From: Spirochaetales bacterium
Lineage (GTDB): Bacteria > Spirochaetota > Spirochaetia > JABEVK01
Length of the DNA: 47,193 nucleotides
Assembly: GCA_037142615.1 (NCBI GenBank)
Contig: JBAXAI010000029.1
Span: 1 to 47,193 of the forward strand
Reading direction: 5' to 3'
Part shown: positions 35,396 to 45,281 of the stretch, piece by piece
Numbering within the stretch: the first letter of the stretch is position 1
Layout of the letters: each line of letters begins with the position of its first letter
Position numbers and translations under genes: made by a program
The notes under the pieces: model-generated
What the model was told of the DNA's origin: nothing
Database searches by the model: none
The model's input: only the letters and a program-made list of their open reading frames with translations

Positions 35396-35820
35396 TTCTG
35401 GTCGATGCCAACCTGCTGGTGTACGCGGCGGTCCAGGAAATGCCCCAGCACGAGGCCGCCAAGGCCTGGCTCGATCAAAAGCTCAATGGCTACGCACCCG
35501 TGGGGCTGCCGTGGGCTTCGTTGCTGGGGTTTGTCCGGCTTACCACCAATCCCCGCGTGTTCAGTCAGCCGCTCAGCCTGGCCGACTCCTGGGCGATTGT
35601 GCGGGGGTGGCTCGACTGCCCCAAGGTGTGGATCCCCCTCGAGGCCGCCGACCACGCTGCCGTGCTTGGTCACCTGCTGCCTTTTGCCGAGCCAGGCGCC
35701 AACCTGGTCCCCGACCTCTCTTTGGCGGCTCTGGCCCTGGCCAACGGCCTGACTCTCTGCTCCACCGATGCCGACTTCGCCCGCTTCACGCCCATCAAGT
35801 GGGAAAACCCGTTGAGGTGA
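35392..35820 (+). CDS. vapC: PIN-domain toxin
   Basis: ILVDANLLVYA...H..A..WL...NLVPD..LAALA...STDADFARF...WENPL. Confidence 0.92.
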   Translation: MILVDANLLVYAAVQEMPQHEAAKAWLDQKLNGYAPVGLPWASLLGFVRLTTNPRVFSQPLSLADSWAIVRGWLDCPKVWIPLEAADHAAVLGHLLPFAEPGANLVPDLSLAALALANGLTLCSTDADFARFTPIKWENPLR

Positions 35821-35855
35821 CCACGGGGAAGCCCGGGGGTGGTAGCTCAAGAAGC

Positions 35856-37283
35856 CTAGATCGTGGCACCGACGATTTGCTTGATCCGCCAGCCGGCCGC
35901 GTGGTCCCAGGGCGACGCCAGCGGCGGCGAGGCCGTGTTCTGCCAGTCTCCGTAAAGCAGGTCGTCGGTGGTCGACGTGGTCGTCCCCAGGTCGGTGACG
36001 GCCGGAGCAAACTGCACTTCGAGCCCGCCGCCGGTGGTCAGATAGGTCGGGTCGAGTACCGCCACGAACACGTTGGCGCTCTGCTGAACAAACTTGCTAA
36101 CGGGCACATACCGCTGGGTGCCGAGGTTGTACAACTTTACCGTCGAAGTCGTCACCGTGGTGGGGTCCAAGCCCAAAGCGCCCGTGTCGGTGAAGGTGAG
36201 CGTGACCACCGCGTTGTTCTTGCTGGCCGCCGGTGAGACGATGGTCATGCCGCCGGTGACCGAATGCATGTTGATAGTGGGTGAGTTGTACGTCGCAGTT
36301 GCTTCGGCGATGGTCCCGGCGTCCAGATAACCAACCGTCTTGGTGGCGTCGGTGGAACCTTTGGCGACGTACCCGCGAAGCGTGGCAGTCGTCACAAACG
36401 TGGTCGAGTAGTTGACCTTGACCCGGTACACCTCTTTGCCAACGGTCGCAGCGACATTCATCGTGTAGACATTCGAAGCGTAGGTGCTCGAGGTCAACGC
36501 CACTTTCGCCCACTGGGTACCGTCAAACTTCTGCAGTTCAAACACCGTGTCAAAAAGGGTTGCGTAGTCGGTGGCATCCGTGCCGGGCGGAGAGTAGGTA
36601 ATGGCGAGTGAGGTCGCCCCTGCCGCCGCCGCCGCACCAAAGGTCGCGACGGCCAATCGGCCCATGAAGGTCAGCCGTGGGTTCTTGGCAACACCAACCG
36701 TCACCGCCTTGGTGCCCGTGGGTACGTTCAAGTACGAGAAGAATGCGTCGTCGCTGGCTTCGCCCTGCTCCAGATCGCTGTCGAGGTTGAGCTTCTTGGT
36801 TCCGTTGTCGGCCGTCAGCTTGGTGGGGTCAATGGACACCACAATCCAGTCGGAAACGTTGGCCGCCGTCGAAAAGTCAAAGTAGTAGGTCACTACCGTG
36901 TTGGCAGCCGCGTTCTTCACAACATTGGTCAGGGCCGCGATCGGTGTCAGGGCGTCGTCTTCGGCGTACGAGCCGTCGGCATTGGCGGCGGCCTTGAGGT
37001 TGCTGAACGTGACTGCGGTGGCCAAAGTCGCGTCGTCCACGAGTCCGTTCGCAAACGTCACGGTGATCACCTGATTGGTCGCTGTGCCGGCCACCAAGGT
37101 CGCCGGGGTGGTGGCTACCGTCACGGCGATTGCCGTCACATTGCTATGCGGCGCATTGGCCGCCGCAGCCGCCGTCGTCTTGGCACCAGTCAAGTCTGTT
37201 GCCGTAAACGCGGGATTCGCACAGGCCGATAAGGCCCACAGAACCGCCGCAGAAAGCAGGAAAGTCTTCCAGTGTTTCTTCAT
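35856..37283 (-). CDS. Ala/Thr-rich surface lipoprotein of unknown function
   Basis: Lipobox LSA-C; beta-rich; SD aaggag; 21 nt downstream of the barrel gene. Confidence 0.8.
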   Translation of the reverse strand: MKKHWKTFLLSAAVLWALSACANPAFTATDLTGAKTTAAAAANAPHSNVTAIAVTVATTPATLVAGTATNQVITVTFANGLVDDATLATAVTFSNLKAAANADGSYAEDDALTPIAALTNVVKNAAANTVVTYYFDFSTAANVSDWIVVSIDPTKLTADNGTKKLNLDSDLEQGEASDDAFFSYLNVPTGTKAVTVGVAKNPRLTFMGRLAVATFGAAAAAGATSLAITYSPPGTDATDYATLFDTVFELQKFDGTQWAKVALTSSTYASNVYTMNVAATVGKEVYRVKVNYSTTFVTTATLRGYVAKGSTDATKTVGYLDAGTIAEATATYNSPTINMHSVTGGMTIVSPAASKNNAVVTLTFTDTGALGLDPTTVTTSTVKLYNLGTQRYVPVSKFVQQSANVFVAVLDPTYLTTGGGLEVQFAPAVTDLGTTTSTTDDLLYGDWQNTASPPLASPWDHAAGWRIKQIVGATI

Positions 37284-37304
37284 CTTCGTCTCCTTTGGTT
37301 CCGC

Positions 37305-39020
37305 TTATTTGCTGATCTGCAGCTGCAGACTGACGGTACTCAAACCGATCGAGGTCCCACCGCTGAACGCCATGTCAAACGACACGCCCTCGCCGAGGTT
37401 GAGGTTCATTCCGGCGCTGATGGTGGATGACATGCCATACCACCTGCTGCCGAAAGACTGGATGTCCGTCGCGGCGCTTCCCAGCGTCGACGAATAGGTA
37501 TCGACGGTCTTTTGACCATTGACCGTCGTGACGTGAGCGACGGAATCAAACCCGGTATTCGTGGTCTTGACCAGCTTGTAATAGTAGCCGGGCAGCGACC
37601 AGGTGAGCCCTAAGTTCAGGTTGAGCTTGTCGGGCACGACGCCATACTGAAGGCCCGTCAGCACCGAAGGGAAAACCGAAAAAATGGAGGCGTCGGTCTG
37701 AACTCCGTTGTTGGACTTGGTGTATTTGTCTACCGTCACAATCGAGGTGTCGCTGTTTGAGGTGGTGGTCGCCGTCGAAACGAGGGCGCCGTTGGTGTGG
37801 TACACGTAGTTCTCCAGGCTCGCCGACGCGTAGGCCGTGGTCGCGAAGCGCACGCTGGAACCGAGCGAGGCGGCGAACTTGGCACTTGCCGAGCCCGAAT
37901 GCATCAGACTGGTCGTGTAGGTGGTGTACTGCGCTGCCCGGAGCACTGTCTCGATGGTGCTGGCCGCGGTTCGCTGATAAGTCGTCCCTTGAAGGTCGAA
38001 CGAGGTCCCGGCGACGGTGGCGGCGGTTCCCAGAGCGTCAGTGTAGCTGTTTCCGTAAAGGTTCAGGTTCAGCTGGTAGTTCCCACCGAAGGTGAGCTGA
38101 CTGTCTTTCAGGTTCATTTCCGCAAGGAGCCCAGCTGATGTGAGCAAGGTGCCATAGCCCTCGTTCTTGGCCATGGACACCTTGGTCGATTTGGCCACTT
38201 CGGTAACCGTGTCGCGGGCCGGATACCCCGAACCCAGCGACTGCAAGACGTCCGAGTAAGCTTGGGAAAGGGACCCGGCGGTCAACCTGTAGGCTCCCGA
38301 AACCGTGGGTTTGAGGGTAAGGCCACCCAGTGGCAGCACGTAGCCCACACTGAGCGTGGGTGTGAGGGTCCCCGTGACGAGTTTGCCACCCGTAAAGGCG
38401 ATGTCCTGGTTGGCCGTCTTGGTGCCATCGGCGGCAAAAGTCACGGTCGAGGCATCGGCTCCGCCTGCCCCGGGGGCGGTCAACGTTGTCCATCCGGCAG
38501 TGGAAACGCTGCTGGTCAGCGTGCCATGCAGCGTGTCGACCTGGTAGCGGTCCTCGGTGGTGCTGTTGCTCTTCAGAATCTTGAGCGAAAGGCCCAGGGG
38601 CCCAAAGCCGACAAGAAGGCCGGCATTGTTAAAATCATCGAGAGGAGTGTTAAGCAACACTGTGGTGCCCGTCGTGACCGTCTTTCCGGTGACAACCGAG
38701 TTGGCCAGAATGTCGGCGGTCGAGATCGTCGTCCGAATTGCCGGAGCCGACGCCATGCCGGCCAGGTTCCCCTGGTAGTAGGAGCCCAGATACAGCCCGC
38801 CGAGCGAGGTGCCATAGCCGAGCTCAGCGCTCGACGACGAAGCGACGCCGGAATAGAACAGCCCGCTCTTGACCTCGCTCCAATCGGTTACAGAAAGGTA
38901 CTTGTCGGTGTTGGTCGTGAAGTTGGCGCCTGTGGTGCTCGACGTCAGCGAGGTCTGAGCCCCGAGGCCCCACCCGGCGCAAACCAAGAGCACGACAACC
39001 AATAGTCGCGTTGTTACCAT
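37305..39020 (-). CDS. Large outer-membrane beta-barrel protein, TDE2508-family-like
   Basis: Signal peptide; N-terminal F.T..D.YLSV.DWS.V...LGYG...GGLYLGSYY.G resembles treponemal TDE2508 proteins (from memory); C-terminal VSLQLQISK; SD aggag. Confidence 0.7.
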   Translation of the reverse strand: MVTTRLLVVVLLVCAGWGLGAQTSLTSSTTGANFTTNTDKYLSVTDWSEVKSGLFYSGVASSSSAELGYGTSLGGLYLGSYYQGNLAGMASAPAIRTTISTADILANSVVTGKTVTTGTTVLLNTPLDDFNNAGLLVGFGPLGLSLKILKSNSTTEDRYQVDTLHGTLTSSVSTAGWTTLTAPGAGGADASTVTFAADGTKTANQDIAFTGGKLVTGTLTPTLSVGYVLPLGGLTLKPTVSGAYRLTAGSLSQAYSDVLQSLGSGYPARDTVTEVAKSTKVSMAKNEGYGTLLTSAGLLAEMNLKDSQLTFGGNYQLNLNLYGNSYTDALGTAATVAGTSFDLQGTTYQRTAASTIETVLRAAQYTTYTTSLMHSGSASAKFAASLGSSVRFATTAYASASLENYVYHTNGALVSTATTTSNSDTSIVTVDKYTKSNNGVQTDASIFSVFPSVLTGLQYGVVPDKLNLNLGLTWSLPGYYYKLVKTTNTGFDSVAHVTTVNGQKTVDTYSSTLGSAATDIQSFGSRWYGMSSTISAGMNLNLGEGVSFDMAFSGGTSIGLSTVSLQLQISK

Positions 39021-39156
39021 AAAAACTCCTTTTGCACAGCCTAGCGCAAAAAGGAGCAAGAATCCGGAGGGGTCCGGGGGCGTCATGCAATTGACGCCGC
39101 CCGGGTCCTCCGACACGCCCCCGCAGCCGAGCCAAGGTCTCGGCTGTCCCCGGGGG

Positions 39157-40848
39157 TTACTGGATGCGACGGATTGCCGACTCCCAGCCGTTGTTGTCGT
39201 CGGTGTCCGACACGTACAGGGAACTGCCGTCGGTGGTGATGCCCAGCAAGCCCACGAACTGGGCGCTGGTACTGGTGCCGTCAGGTGCCAAGACGCTGGC
39301 GCTTGCTCCCGTTCCACCGCCGGCGATGGTGGTTACGGCTGACGTGGCGAGGTCGATCTTCCGCACGTGGTAGCCGTCGTTCACGTAGAGCGTGCCGCCG
39401 TGGTAAACCACGCCGTAGGGCATCAAGAAGGTTGCCGCAGCGCCAACGCCATCGGCTGTTCCCGGGGTACCAGAACCGGCAACCAGCGAAACCGCGCCAG
39501 TGGCGATACTAACCTTTATGACCGAGTAGCTGCCCCCAACCACATAGACGAAAGTTCCATCGGTCGTCAGCGCGTTCGGGCTGTCCAAGAACCGACCAGC
39601 AGTCATACCAGTACCCACCAACGTGGCCGGGCCCGTGAGGGTGACCGTCGACACGTCGGCGGTAGCCAGGACGATTTTGCGGAGCTGATTCTCCATGGTG
39701 TCCAGCACATACAAATTGGTGCCGTCGCAAGCGATCGCCCACGTGCGATGAAAGGCGGCCGCCGTGCCAATCCCATCGGCCGGTGTGGTGTTTCCCTGCT
39801 GACCGGCGAACGTGGTCACCGTCTGCGTGGCGATTTCGATCTTGCGGATCAGCTCGTTGCCGGCGTCAGCCACGTAGAGGTTGGTCCCGTCGGTGGCGAC
39901 CCCCTGAGGGCCATTGAAGGTCGCAAGCGCCCCGACCCCGTCAGCGAATCCAGCGGCCCCACCCGCAAACAGAGTCACTGCCTGCGTCGCTACTTCGACG
40001 CGGCGGATCTGGTTGTTGCTCGCATCGGCCACGTACAAATAGCCGTTGGCGTACGCCATCCCGTTGGGGTAGTTGAAGCGGGCAGCGGTTCCCGTTGCAT
40101 TGGTGTTGGCCAAACCCAAACCGCCGGCGAGGTGCGACACGGTGCCGGTAAGGACCATCGGAGTGACAACCGCCGCCCCCACCACAAAACTCACCGTGCT
40201 CGTGGCGCTCGCCACCACGTTGCCGGCATCTTTCACGCTGAACACCACATCGGCCGCAGCTTGAACCGTCGTTGGCGTCCCTGTCACCGAACCGGTGGCG
40301 GCGTCCAGGCTGAGTCCCGCCGGCAAAGTGCCACTGGTCACACTGTACACGTAAGGAGTCGTCCCGCCGCTGGCCGCCAAAGGCGAAAAGCTGGTCATGG
40401 CTGAGCCGACCGTTAAGGCTTGGGCCGTGGTGGTCGCTGTGGCCGTGATCGCCGCCCCCGTCTGCGCCTTCACGGTCACGGTGACGGTTTTGGTGGTGGT
40501 CGAATTGCCCTTGGTGATGGTGGCCGTCAGGACCACCGTGGCGTCGGCGCTGCCGGTGGTGGGGCGGACCACGGTGCCGGTGTCGCTCACCACCGCTGGC
40601 GTGTCGCTGGTCCACGCGATGGTGGAACCGTTGGTGCCCGTGGTGGGCAGCGTCAGGTCGCCGGTGACGGCGCTCAGGCTGTCGCCGGTGGCAAAGGTGA
40701 GCGCCACGGTGGCGGCGTCGGTGCTGACTTTGGAATCGTCGGCGGTGACCAGGCCCAGGTAGGGGCTGCGGCAACCGGTCACAATGAGTAAGAGGACAAG
40801 AACAGCCGCTCCCAAGCGGGTCGCGGCAAGTGGTTTGATATGCATCAT
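39157..40848 (-). CDS. Surface lipoprotein with Ig-like domains and NHL-repeat beta-propeller
   Basis: Lipobox VTG-C; [14 protein letters not shown]; [17 protein letters not shown]; G..DG.G.AA.F..P.G NHL repeats. Confidence 0.85.
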   Translation of the reverse strand: MMHIKPLAATRLGAAVLVLLLIVTGCRSPYLGLVTADDSKVSTDAATVALTFATGDSLSAVTGDLTLPTTGTNGSTIAWTSDTPAVVSDTGTVVRPTTGSADATVVLTATITKGNSTTTKTVTVTVKAQTGAAITATATTTAQALTVGSAMTSFSPLAASGGTTPYVYSVTSGTLPAGLSLDAATGSVTGTPTTVQAAADVVFSVKDAGNVVASATSTVSFVVGAAVVTPMVLTGTVSHLAGGLGLANTNATGTAARFNYPNGMAYANGYLYVADASNNQIRRVEVATQAVTLFAGGAAGFADGVGALATFNGPQGVATDGTNLYVADAGNELIRKIEIATQTVTTFAGQQGNTTPADGIGTAAAFHRTWAIACDGTNLYVLDTMENQLRKIVLATADVSTVTLTGPATLVGTGMTAGRFLDSPNALTTDGTFVYVVGGSYSVIKVSIATGAVSLVAGSGTPGTADGVGAAATFLMPYGVVYHGGTLYVNDGYHVRKIDLATSAVTTIAGGGTGASASVLAPDGTSTSAQFVGLLGITTDGSSLYVSDTDDNNGWESAIRRIQ

Positions 40849-40860
40849 GAGGCTCCTGTT

Positions 40861-41343
40861 TTAGTTGTTGCCAAAGGCGTAGCGCACGCCGGTTTCAATA
40901 CCGGCGTTCCACAGCAGGTTGGGCGTACCGTTAAGCCACGTGTACCCCAGCGCCGGGGTCAGGGCCATGTACAGCTCAAAAGGCGCCAGGTTGGCGGTGC
41001 TCGCACCAACCACCAGCCGCCCACCGACTCCCCACACTTGCAGGGCCGAAAAGTCGCTGCCCCACGCGCCAAACACACCGGGGCCGACATACCAACGGTA
41101 GTCCGTGCCGGGAATCCGCTGGTCGAACAGAAGGTAGTCGATGTAGGTAGCCGCTTCGAGAATGCCGTCGCCGTAACCGACGTGGATCTGAATGGGCACC
41201 TTGCCCCACTGCAAGGTGGCTCCGGGAACCACCGACGGTCCAGCCGTCCCGTAGCCCAGGTTGGCGAAAGCGCCCACCGATTGCCCAGAAAGCGGCACCA
41301 ACAAAACGGCCAGGAAAAGGCCTAAAATGCGCATGCGTGTCAT
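40861..41343 (-). CDS. Small outer-membrane beta-barrel (DUF3996-like)
   Basis: Signal peptide; WYVGPG, GVGGRLVVG, FELY...P.LG and terminal GVRYAF; SD ggagg. Confidence 0.72.
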   Translation of the reverse strand: MTRMRILGLFLAVLLVPLSGQSVGAFANLGYGTAGPSVVPGATLQWGKVPIQIHVGYGDGILEAATYIDYLLFDQRIPGTDYRWYVGPGVFGAWGSDFSALQVWGVGGRLVVGASTANLAPFELYMALTPALGYTWLNGTPNLLWNAGIETGVRYAFGNN

Positions 41344-41451
41344 GGAATCCTCCGCTATCAGCATCGAAGAGCCCTCCCCGACTGTAAAGGAAGGATAACC
41401 TTCACTTTGCTGGCGGTTGACCAGCATCGTTGCTACCCTTAGGCTTGCGTC

Positions 41452-43207
41452 ATGAGAATCGCCCTGTGGGCCCTTGCTGGTGTTCTGCTGTCTCTGGCCA
41501 CGCCCCCCCCCTCTGGAGGCGCAAACGCAGGTCATCAATCCCGGCGGTGTCAACCTGGCTGTCATCGACCCCGTGTTTTGGAGTTCGCTCCACAACCCGA
41601 CCTTGGTGCTCCCTCCGGTTGACTGGCCCGTAGAAGTGCTCGTCGATGGCGTTCGCTGGCTGCAACTGGCCAGTTTGGACCCGCAAGGAGCCATCCGGAC
41701 GCAGACAACGCGCGAACTCCAGCTGCCCCAAGGGTCGAACTCGCTCCCGCCAGCGATCGTGTTCGTGCAGCACCCGTGGGACCCCACCCTGACCCAAAAA
41801 GCACCCGTGTACCTCACAGACGGCGCCACGGCCGACGCCATGGTGTATTGGCGCAATTTTTTCGGACCCAACATGGTGTTCGCGTTTGCCATCTTTTCCC
41901 TCCTGGCCGGGCTGATGACGCTTTGGTACTGGCTCACCACCAAAGGCGCTCGCGACAATGGCTTTTTCTACTACAGCCTGTTCGCCCTGGGTTTTGTGCT
42001 GAGCTTCATTCACTACCTGCTGGGTTTTGACTCGGCGCCTTCGTTGGTTCTCGAAAAAATCCGGGTGATTGCAACCCCGTTGTGGTTCTTGGCGTTCGCC
42101 CTGTACCTGCTGCACCGCCTGGGCAAAGCACGGGCCTGACGAATCACGCTCAGCGTGATGGCGCTAGCCTTTGTGCCCCTGGACGTTCAGGTTCTGCTGC
42201 TCCCCCGAGTCTCCGACGTTCTGTTCGCTTCGGGTCCGGTGTACGGGTTGCTTTTGGCTCAAACGCTGATCGTGCTGGGGGGATTGGTCTACTACGCGTT
42301 GCGGCGCCGCGACACCAAGGCGTCCACCGTGGTCGTGTTCCAGCTGTTGGCTCAGGCCAGTTTCGCCTTCGACATCGGGTACTATCTGGTGGTCGGCTAC
42401 CATCCGCCGTTCCTGACCTCGCCCTACATCACGATGTTTTTGCTGGTGCACCTGCTGTACTTGATGGGCAGCGATCTGCGCCGCAGCCAGCGGGCAGCCA
42501 ACGAAAAGTCAGCCGCGCTGGAACACCTGAACCAGGGCCTCCACGAAGAAGTCGATCGCCGCAACCTCGACCTCAATTCGTTCGTCTCGATCGTCAGCCA
42601 CGACCTGAAGAACATGCTCTTTGGCCTCCGGCAGATGACGGAGCGGCTGGCGGGGCAAACGTCCCCCGACCCTGCGGCCCTGGAACAGTTGGCGGCTTCG
42701 ACCCACCGCACCGAGGACGTGCTGGCAAGCCTGCTCAGGCTCTCGTCGTCGCGGCTGGCGACCCTCAAACCGCAGCGTCGGGCGGTGCTGGTGGCCGCGT
42801 TGTGGTCTTCGGCCCTTCAAGACGTGAGCGTCCAGCTTTTGGAAGGCTCGGTGACCATCGCCCACCTGGGCGATGAGGCCGCCACGGTGTTCACCGACGA
42901 TACCATGGTCACAACCATCCTCCGCAATCTCCTGTTCAACGCCATCAAAGCCAGCCCCGAGGGCGGTGAGGTGCGTTGCGAAACCCGCTTCGAAAACGAC
43001 TCCACCGTGCTGAGCGTCGAGGACGACGGCCCCGGGGTACCCTCTGACCGGAGCCTTCATCTGTTTTCGTTCTCGGAGCGTGGCTTCGGTCTGGCGCTGT
43101 CGTCGGAACTCGCAGACAGGCTGGGCCACCGGCTTGAACTGGCTCCAAATCAGAACCGGGGAGCCAAGTTCCGGCTCCTCCTTGGCCAGTCGGGGCGCGC
43201 AGAATGA
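41452..43207 (+). pseudogene. 7TM-type sensor histidine kinase disrupted by a poly-C frameshift and an in-frame TGA
   Basis: Promoter TTGACC-N17-TAGGCT-N6-ATG; signal peptide MRIALWALAGVLLSLATPPP leaves frame at C9 (41503-41511); ORFs 41474..42139 and 42155..43207 are in one frame separated only by TGA; SHDLKN, NLLFNAIK, DDGPG motifs. Confidence 0.75.
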
Positions 43208-43836
43208 AGCGCATCCTTTTGTGCGATGACCATCAGATTGTTCTCGAGGGTCTGCAAGCCTCGTTGGAGGGGCTGGACGAGGCCGAGGTTGTCGGCGCCT
43301 ATTTGACGTCGAAAGAACTCTTGGAACGCCTGCAAGGCGAGGTCGTTGATCTGGTCATTCTCGACATCAACCTGGCCGACATCGATGGTGTCGCGCTGGC
43401 TCGGCACGTCAAAAGGCACTGGCCCAAGGTCGCGGTGATGGCCCTCACCTTTCGCAACGATATCCCTACCGTGCGTGGGTTTTTGGCCACGGGTGCCGAA
43501 GGGTATGTGCTCAAAACCGACCCCACCTGGCAAATTCTCGACGCTGTGGGACGCGTGCTTCGCGGGCAACGCACCCTGAGTGCCGATCTGACCGGCTTCT
43601 TGATGGAAGAACTGCAGCTCGCCGGTCATTCCGGCGACCTGCTGAGCCGGGGCGAGCGCGAGGTGCTTCGACTGTTGTGCGAGGGCAAAATCAACAAACA
43701 GATTGCCACGACGCTGGGTGTTTCGGTTACCACCGTGGAGCGCCGTCGTGCCTCGCTGATGCATAAGTCCGGGTGCCGGACTGCGGCCGAACTTAGCCTG
43801 TGGGCAGCAAGGGCGGACGATCCTTCACGCAACTGA
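43204..43836 (+). CDS. NarL/LuxR-family response regulator
   Basis: ILLCDDH, DLVILDI, GYVLK, LS.GEREVL..L.EG..NKQIA. Confidence 0.93.
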   Translation: MKRILLCDDHQIVLEGLQASLEGLDEAEVVGAYLTSKELLERLQGEVVDLVILDINLADIDGVALARHVKRHWPKVAVMALTFRNDIPTVRGFLATGAEGYVLKTDPTWQILDAVGRVLRGQRTLSADLTGFLMEELQLAGHSGDLLSRGEREVLRLLCEGKINKQIATTLGVSVTTVERRRASLMHKSGCRTAAELSLWAARADDPSRN

Positions 43837-43906
43837 CGGTTTTCCTCCCTTCACCGGGAGGGTCTGCGGAGCTAGTGTTAATTCGGATGAGTTAACAGGA
43901 GGCCCT

Positions 43907-45046
43907 GTGATCACAACGACAAACGAATCGGAACAGTTGCGCCTCAGGGTGGCAGCCCTCGAGGCCGAGCTCAAGGACGCCTACGAACTGAAGTTCCCGT
44001 GGTCGGGAAACTTGGGCCGCTGGGAGTGGCACTACGCCACCGGGAAAGTGGTCTACAGCGATCTCAAACTCGCCGCGATCGGCTTTTTGCCCGGCGAGAT
44101 TGATCCCAAGGTGTACGAATGGACCGCCCGAATCCACCGCGACGACTACGAGCACACGATGGACTGCATGAAGCGGCACCTGATGGGGCTCTCACCCGTG
44201 TACGAGGTGGAATACCGTATTTTGGCCAAGGACCAAAGCTACAAATGGTTCTACGACCGGGGTCGGGTCACCGAGTACGACAGCGGCGGAAAACCTTCGG
44301 TGATTGCCGGCATCGTGTTCGACATCACCAAGAGCAAGCAGATGGAAGCCGACCTCAAGAGCAGCCTCGAGTTCAAGAACCGTCTGGTCGCCATTATTTC
44401 GCACGACTTGCGGGGGCCCATCGGAGTGACCAACAACCTGCTGGGCAACGTTGAACTGCTGGAGCCCGAGGACTACCCCCCGGTGTTCAAGGCTGTTTCG
44501 CAAACCAACCAAAGAGTGTTTGCGCTGTTGGAGAACCTGCTCGAGTGGGCCCGGATCAACATGGAAAGGCCGGTGGTCGAACGGCGTGCTGTGTCGACCG
44601 CCGAGATCGTCAAGAAGCAGTTGGCCCTGCTTGGTCCCGTGGCTGCCAAGAAGAACCTCGTGCTGTTGCACCACCCGGCCGGTGCCTACGCCCTTGCCGA
44701 CGAGGTGATGCTCGAAGTCGTTGTGCGCAACCTGCTGTCGAACGCCATCAAGTTCTCGCCTTGCCACGGAACTGTCGAACTGCGTGAAAGCGTGGCAGGG
44801 GATCAAGTTTGTCTTGAGGTCATCGACACGGGGCGGGGCATGACGCCCGACGAGATCGAACGCCTCAAAGCCGCGAAGTACCACGAAAGCAAGCCCGGCA
44901 CCGCCGGTGAAACGGGCACCGGGTTGGGGTTGCTTCTGTGCCGCGAGTTCCTGAAGCTGAACAAGGGTTCCCTGCTGATAGCCAGTGAACCCGGCAAGGG
45001 CTCTACCTTCACGATCCAGTTGCAGCGGGAGGGTGCCACCGGATAG
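43907..45046 (+). CDS. Cytoplasmic PAS-domain sensor histidine kinase
   Basis: PAS_3-like W..RIH.DD...YEVEYR...YKWF.DRG; ISHDLRGP, NLLSNAIKFS, GTGLGL. Confidence 0.92.
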   Translation: MITTTNESEQLRLRVAALEAELKDAYELKFPWSGNLGRWEWHYATGKVVYSDLKLAAIGFLPGEIDPKVYEWTARIHRDDYEHTMDCMKRHLMGLSPVYEVEYRILAKDQSYKWFYDRGRVTEYDSGGKPSVIAGIVFDITKSKQMEADLKSSLEFKNRLVAIISHDLRGPIGVTNNLLGNVELLEPEDYPPVFKAVSQTNQRVFALLENLLEWARINMERPVVERRAVSTAEIVKKQLALLGPVAAKKNLVLLHHPAGAYALADEVMLEVVVRNLLSNAIKFSPCHGTVELRESVAGDQVCLEVIDTGRGMTPDEIERLKAAKYHESKPGTAGETGTGLGLLLCREFLKLNKGSLLIASEPGKGSTFTIQLQREGATG

Positions 45047-45113
45047 GGCTCTTTCGAGGTCTGTACTCTTCCCGAGGTCTGTCCCCCGTGCTAGAATGTT
45101 CCCGCTACACCAC

Positions 45114-45185
45114 GCCTCCATCGTCTAGTGGTTAGGACTCAGGATTCTCATTCCTGAAACACGGGTTCGATCCCCGTTGGAGGTA
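45114..45185 (+). tRNA. tRNA-Glu (anticodon CTC)
   Basis: Acceptor GCCTCCA/TGGAGGT; D-loop TAGTGGTTA; anticodon arm CAGGA-TTCTCAT-TCCTG; T-arm GGTTCGATCC; CCA not encoded. Confidence 0.95.
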
Positions 45186-45281
45186 ATTCATACCAACGAT
45201 CCTTCTGCGGCAATTCACGGCAGCAACCCCCGATTGCGCGATCCAGGTTGTAGCCCCAAACTAACGGCAAGGGAAACCCGC

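Noticed and set aside
42137-42139. TGA as genome-wide recoding or selenocysteine
   Set aside because: TGA ends many intact genes here (6480, 15304, 35820, 43836), and the position is a membrane-protein loop, not a redox site.
45114-45185. tRNA-Glu as the attachment site of an integrated island
   Set aside because: I saw no duplicated tRNA 3' end and no integrase in the window.
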